A DNA stretch of 64,000 nucleotides from Marsupella aquatica (Eukaryota; Plantae; Marchantiophyta), in contig OZ316891.1 in the NCBI GenBank assembly GCA_973895155.1, forward strand, positions 21,331,280-21,395,279, written 5' to 3'. Shown one piece after another: positions 63,143-64,000 of the stretch. The translations under genes were made by a program, and so were the position numbers. Position 1 is the stretch's first letter, and the number at the start of each line of letters is the position of its first letter. The notes under the pieces are model-generated. The model had not been told where the DNA came from and did no database searches. It saw nothing but the letters and a program-made list of their open reading frames with translations.

Positions 63143-64000
63143 CTCGAACACTTCACGAAAAACCCTACGAAAGCAGGTCTTGTTGTGTCCGAAACCCTAA
63201 ACTATGCTTCACCACCCAATTGAGATCCAAAGACCTAAATGCGCGCAGCACCTTAACCCTGACCCGGCACTTCAAATCAGGCCACCTCCAATCTCTACAG
63301 ACGTTTGGATTCAACAATAAATCTAGCGCACCTGATTCTCTGCAGCAAATTGGATCCTAAACCCTGAAATACAGACCTGTTCCCGAATCTACTCGAGGAG
63401 TGATCTCTCCGAGTAAAGATGGTGGAAAAAAAACGAAGAATCTCACCCACGATCAACTCTACTGTCCTCCGATGATGTTTAGACGTTGATCAGTCCCGCC
63501 TGGAAGAAGAAGGAGAAAGAACAAGGAGCAGAACAAGGAATGAAGTCTGTCGATGGTACCTTCGCTCACGAAGAGCTAGTATTTCCTCCCCGGTGGCCCT
63601 GATCCGAAGAAGCAAGATTCACCTCGTCCGTGAATGCGATTGCGAAAGCAAAGAGACTTCTACAGTCGGGACCAACTGAAAGAGAAAATTGAAAATTCCT
63701 GGCCTCTCTCCCAACTCTGCAAATTTCGTTCCCCGACTCTGCAAAGTTCTGTTGGTGCAGTATGAGTAGAGACGAAGGTGTCGACGACTGTCTCTCTACT
63801 CGAAGGCGAGCTTCCCTCCCACTTCGCTGCTTGAGCTCTAGAAGGAATGGACGACGAGCTCGATGGGCATGAACATCAATACAGAGTACAACTTTGGCGA
63901 ACTTATTAGTTTTTTCTCATCTCCTAGAAAACTCTCGCACCAGACTGCCTGTGGGACAGAAACACCTGTAGGACGGTATTTACTTTGGGAGTAAATCTAC

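Overview
Eukaryotic, intron-rich land-plant genomic DNA; a bryophyte-grade host is a guess from gene style only. Host genes assembled by hand from GT/GC-AG splice sites: a calcineurin-like metallophosphoesterase (-), a TMEM42-type small membrane protein (+), a DWNN/zinc-knuckle/RING RBBP6-Mpe1-PQT3-type E3 ligase (+), a DCN1-like neddylation E3 (+), a GH3 beta-D-xylosidase (+), a decayed APC/LAT amino-acid permease (+) and an intronless DRG1-type GTPase (-). The centre holds a complete 16.7-kb CACTA/EnSpm transposon (31524-48261) with TIRs, GTCAT subterminal arrays, a seven-copy ~410-bp internal tandem array, a pseudogenised TnpD and a TnpA-like gene. It is flanked by an exact 4-bp rather than 3-bp target duplication. 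The main finding: upstream of the dead transposase the element carries an intact, intronless 245-aa ORF made only of an EDM2/NSD-type triple PHD chromatin-reader module, followed by an unknown Cys/His-rich ORF. Together these are a candidate transposon-encoded anti-silencing or heterochromatin-reading cassette. Also present: a duplicated 5' end of the DWNN gene placed in front of TMEM42, two copies of a tRNA-derived SINE, a TA-flanked pogo/Tc2-like MITE and several minisatellites. All family assignments come from motif recognition; no searches were run.
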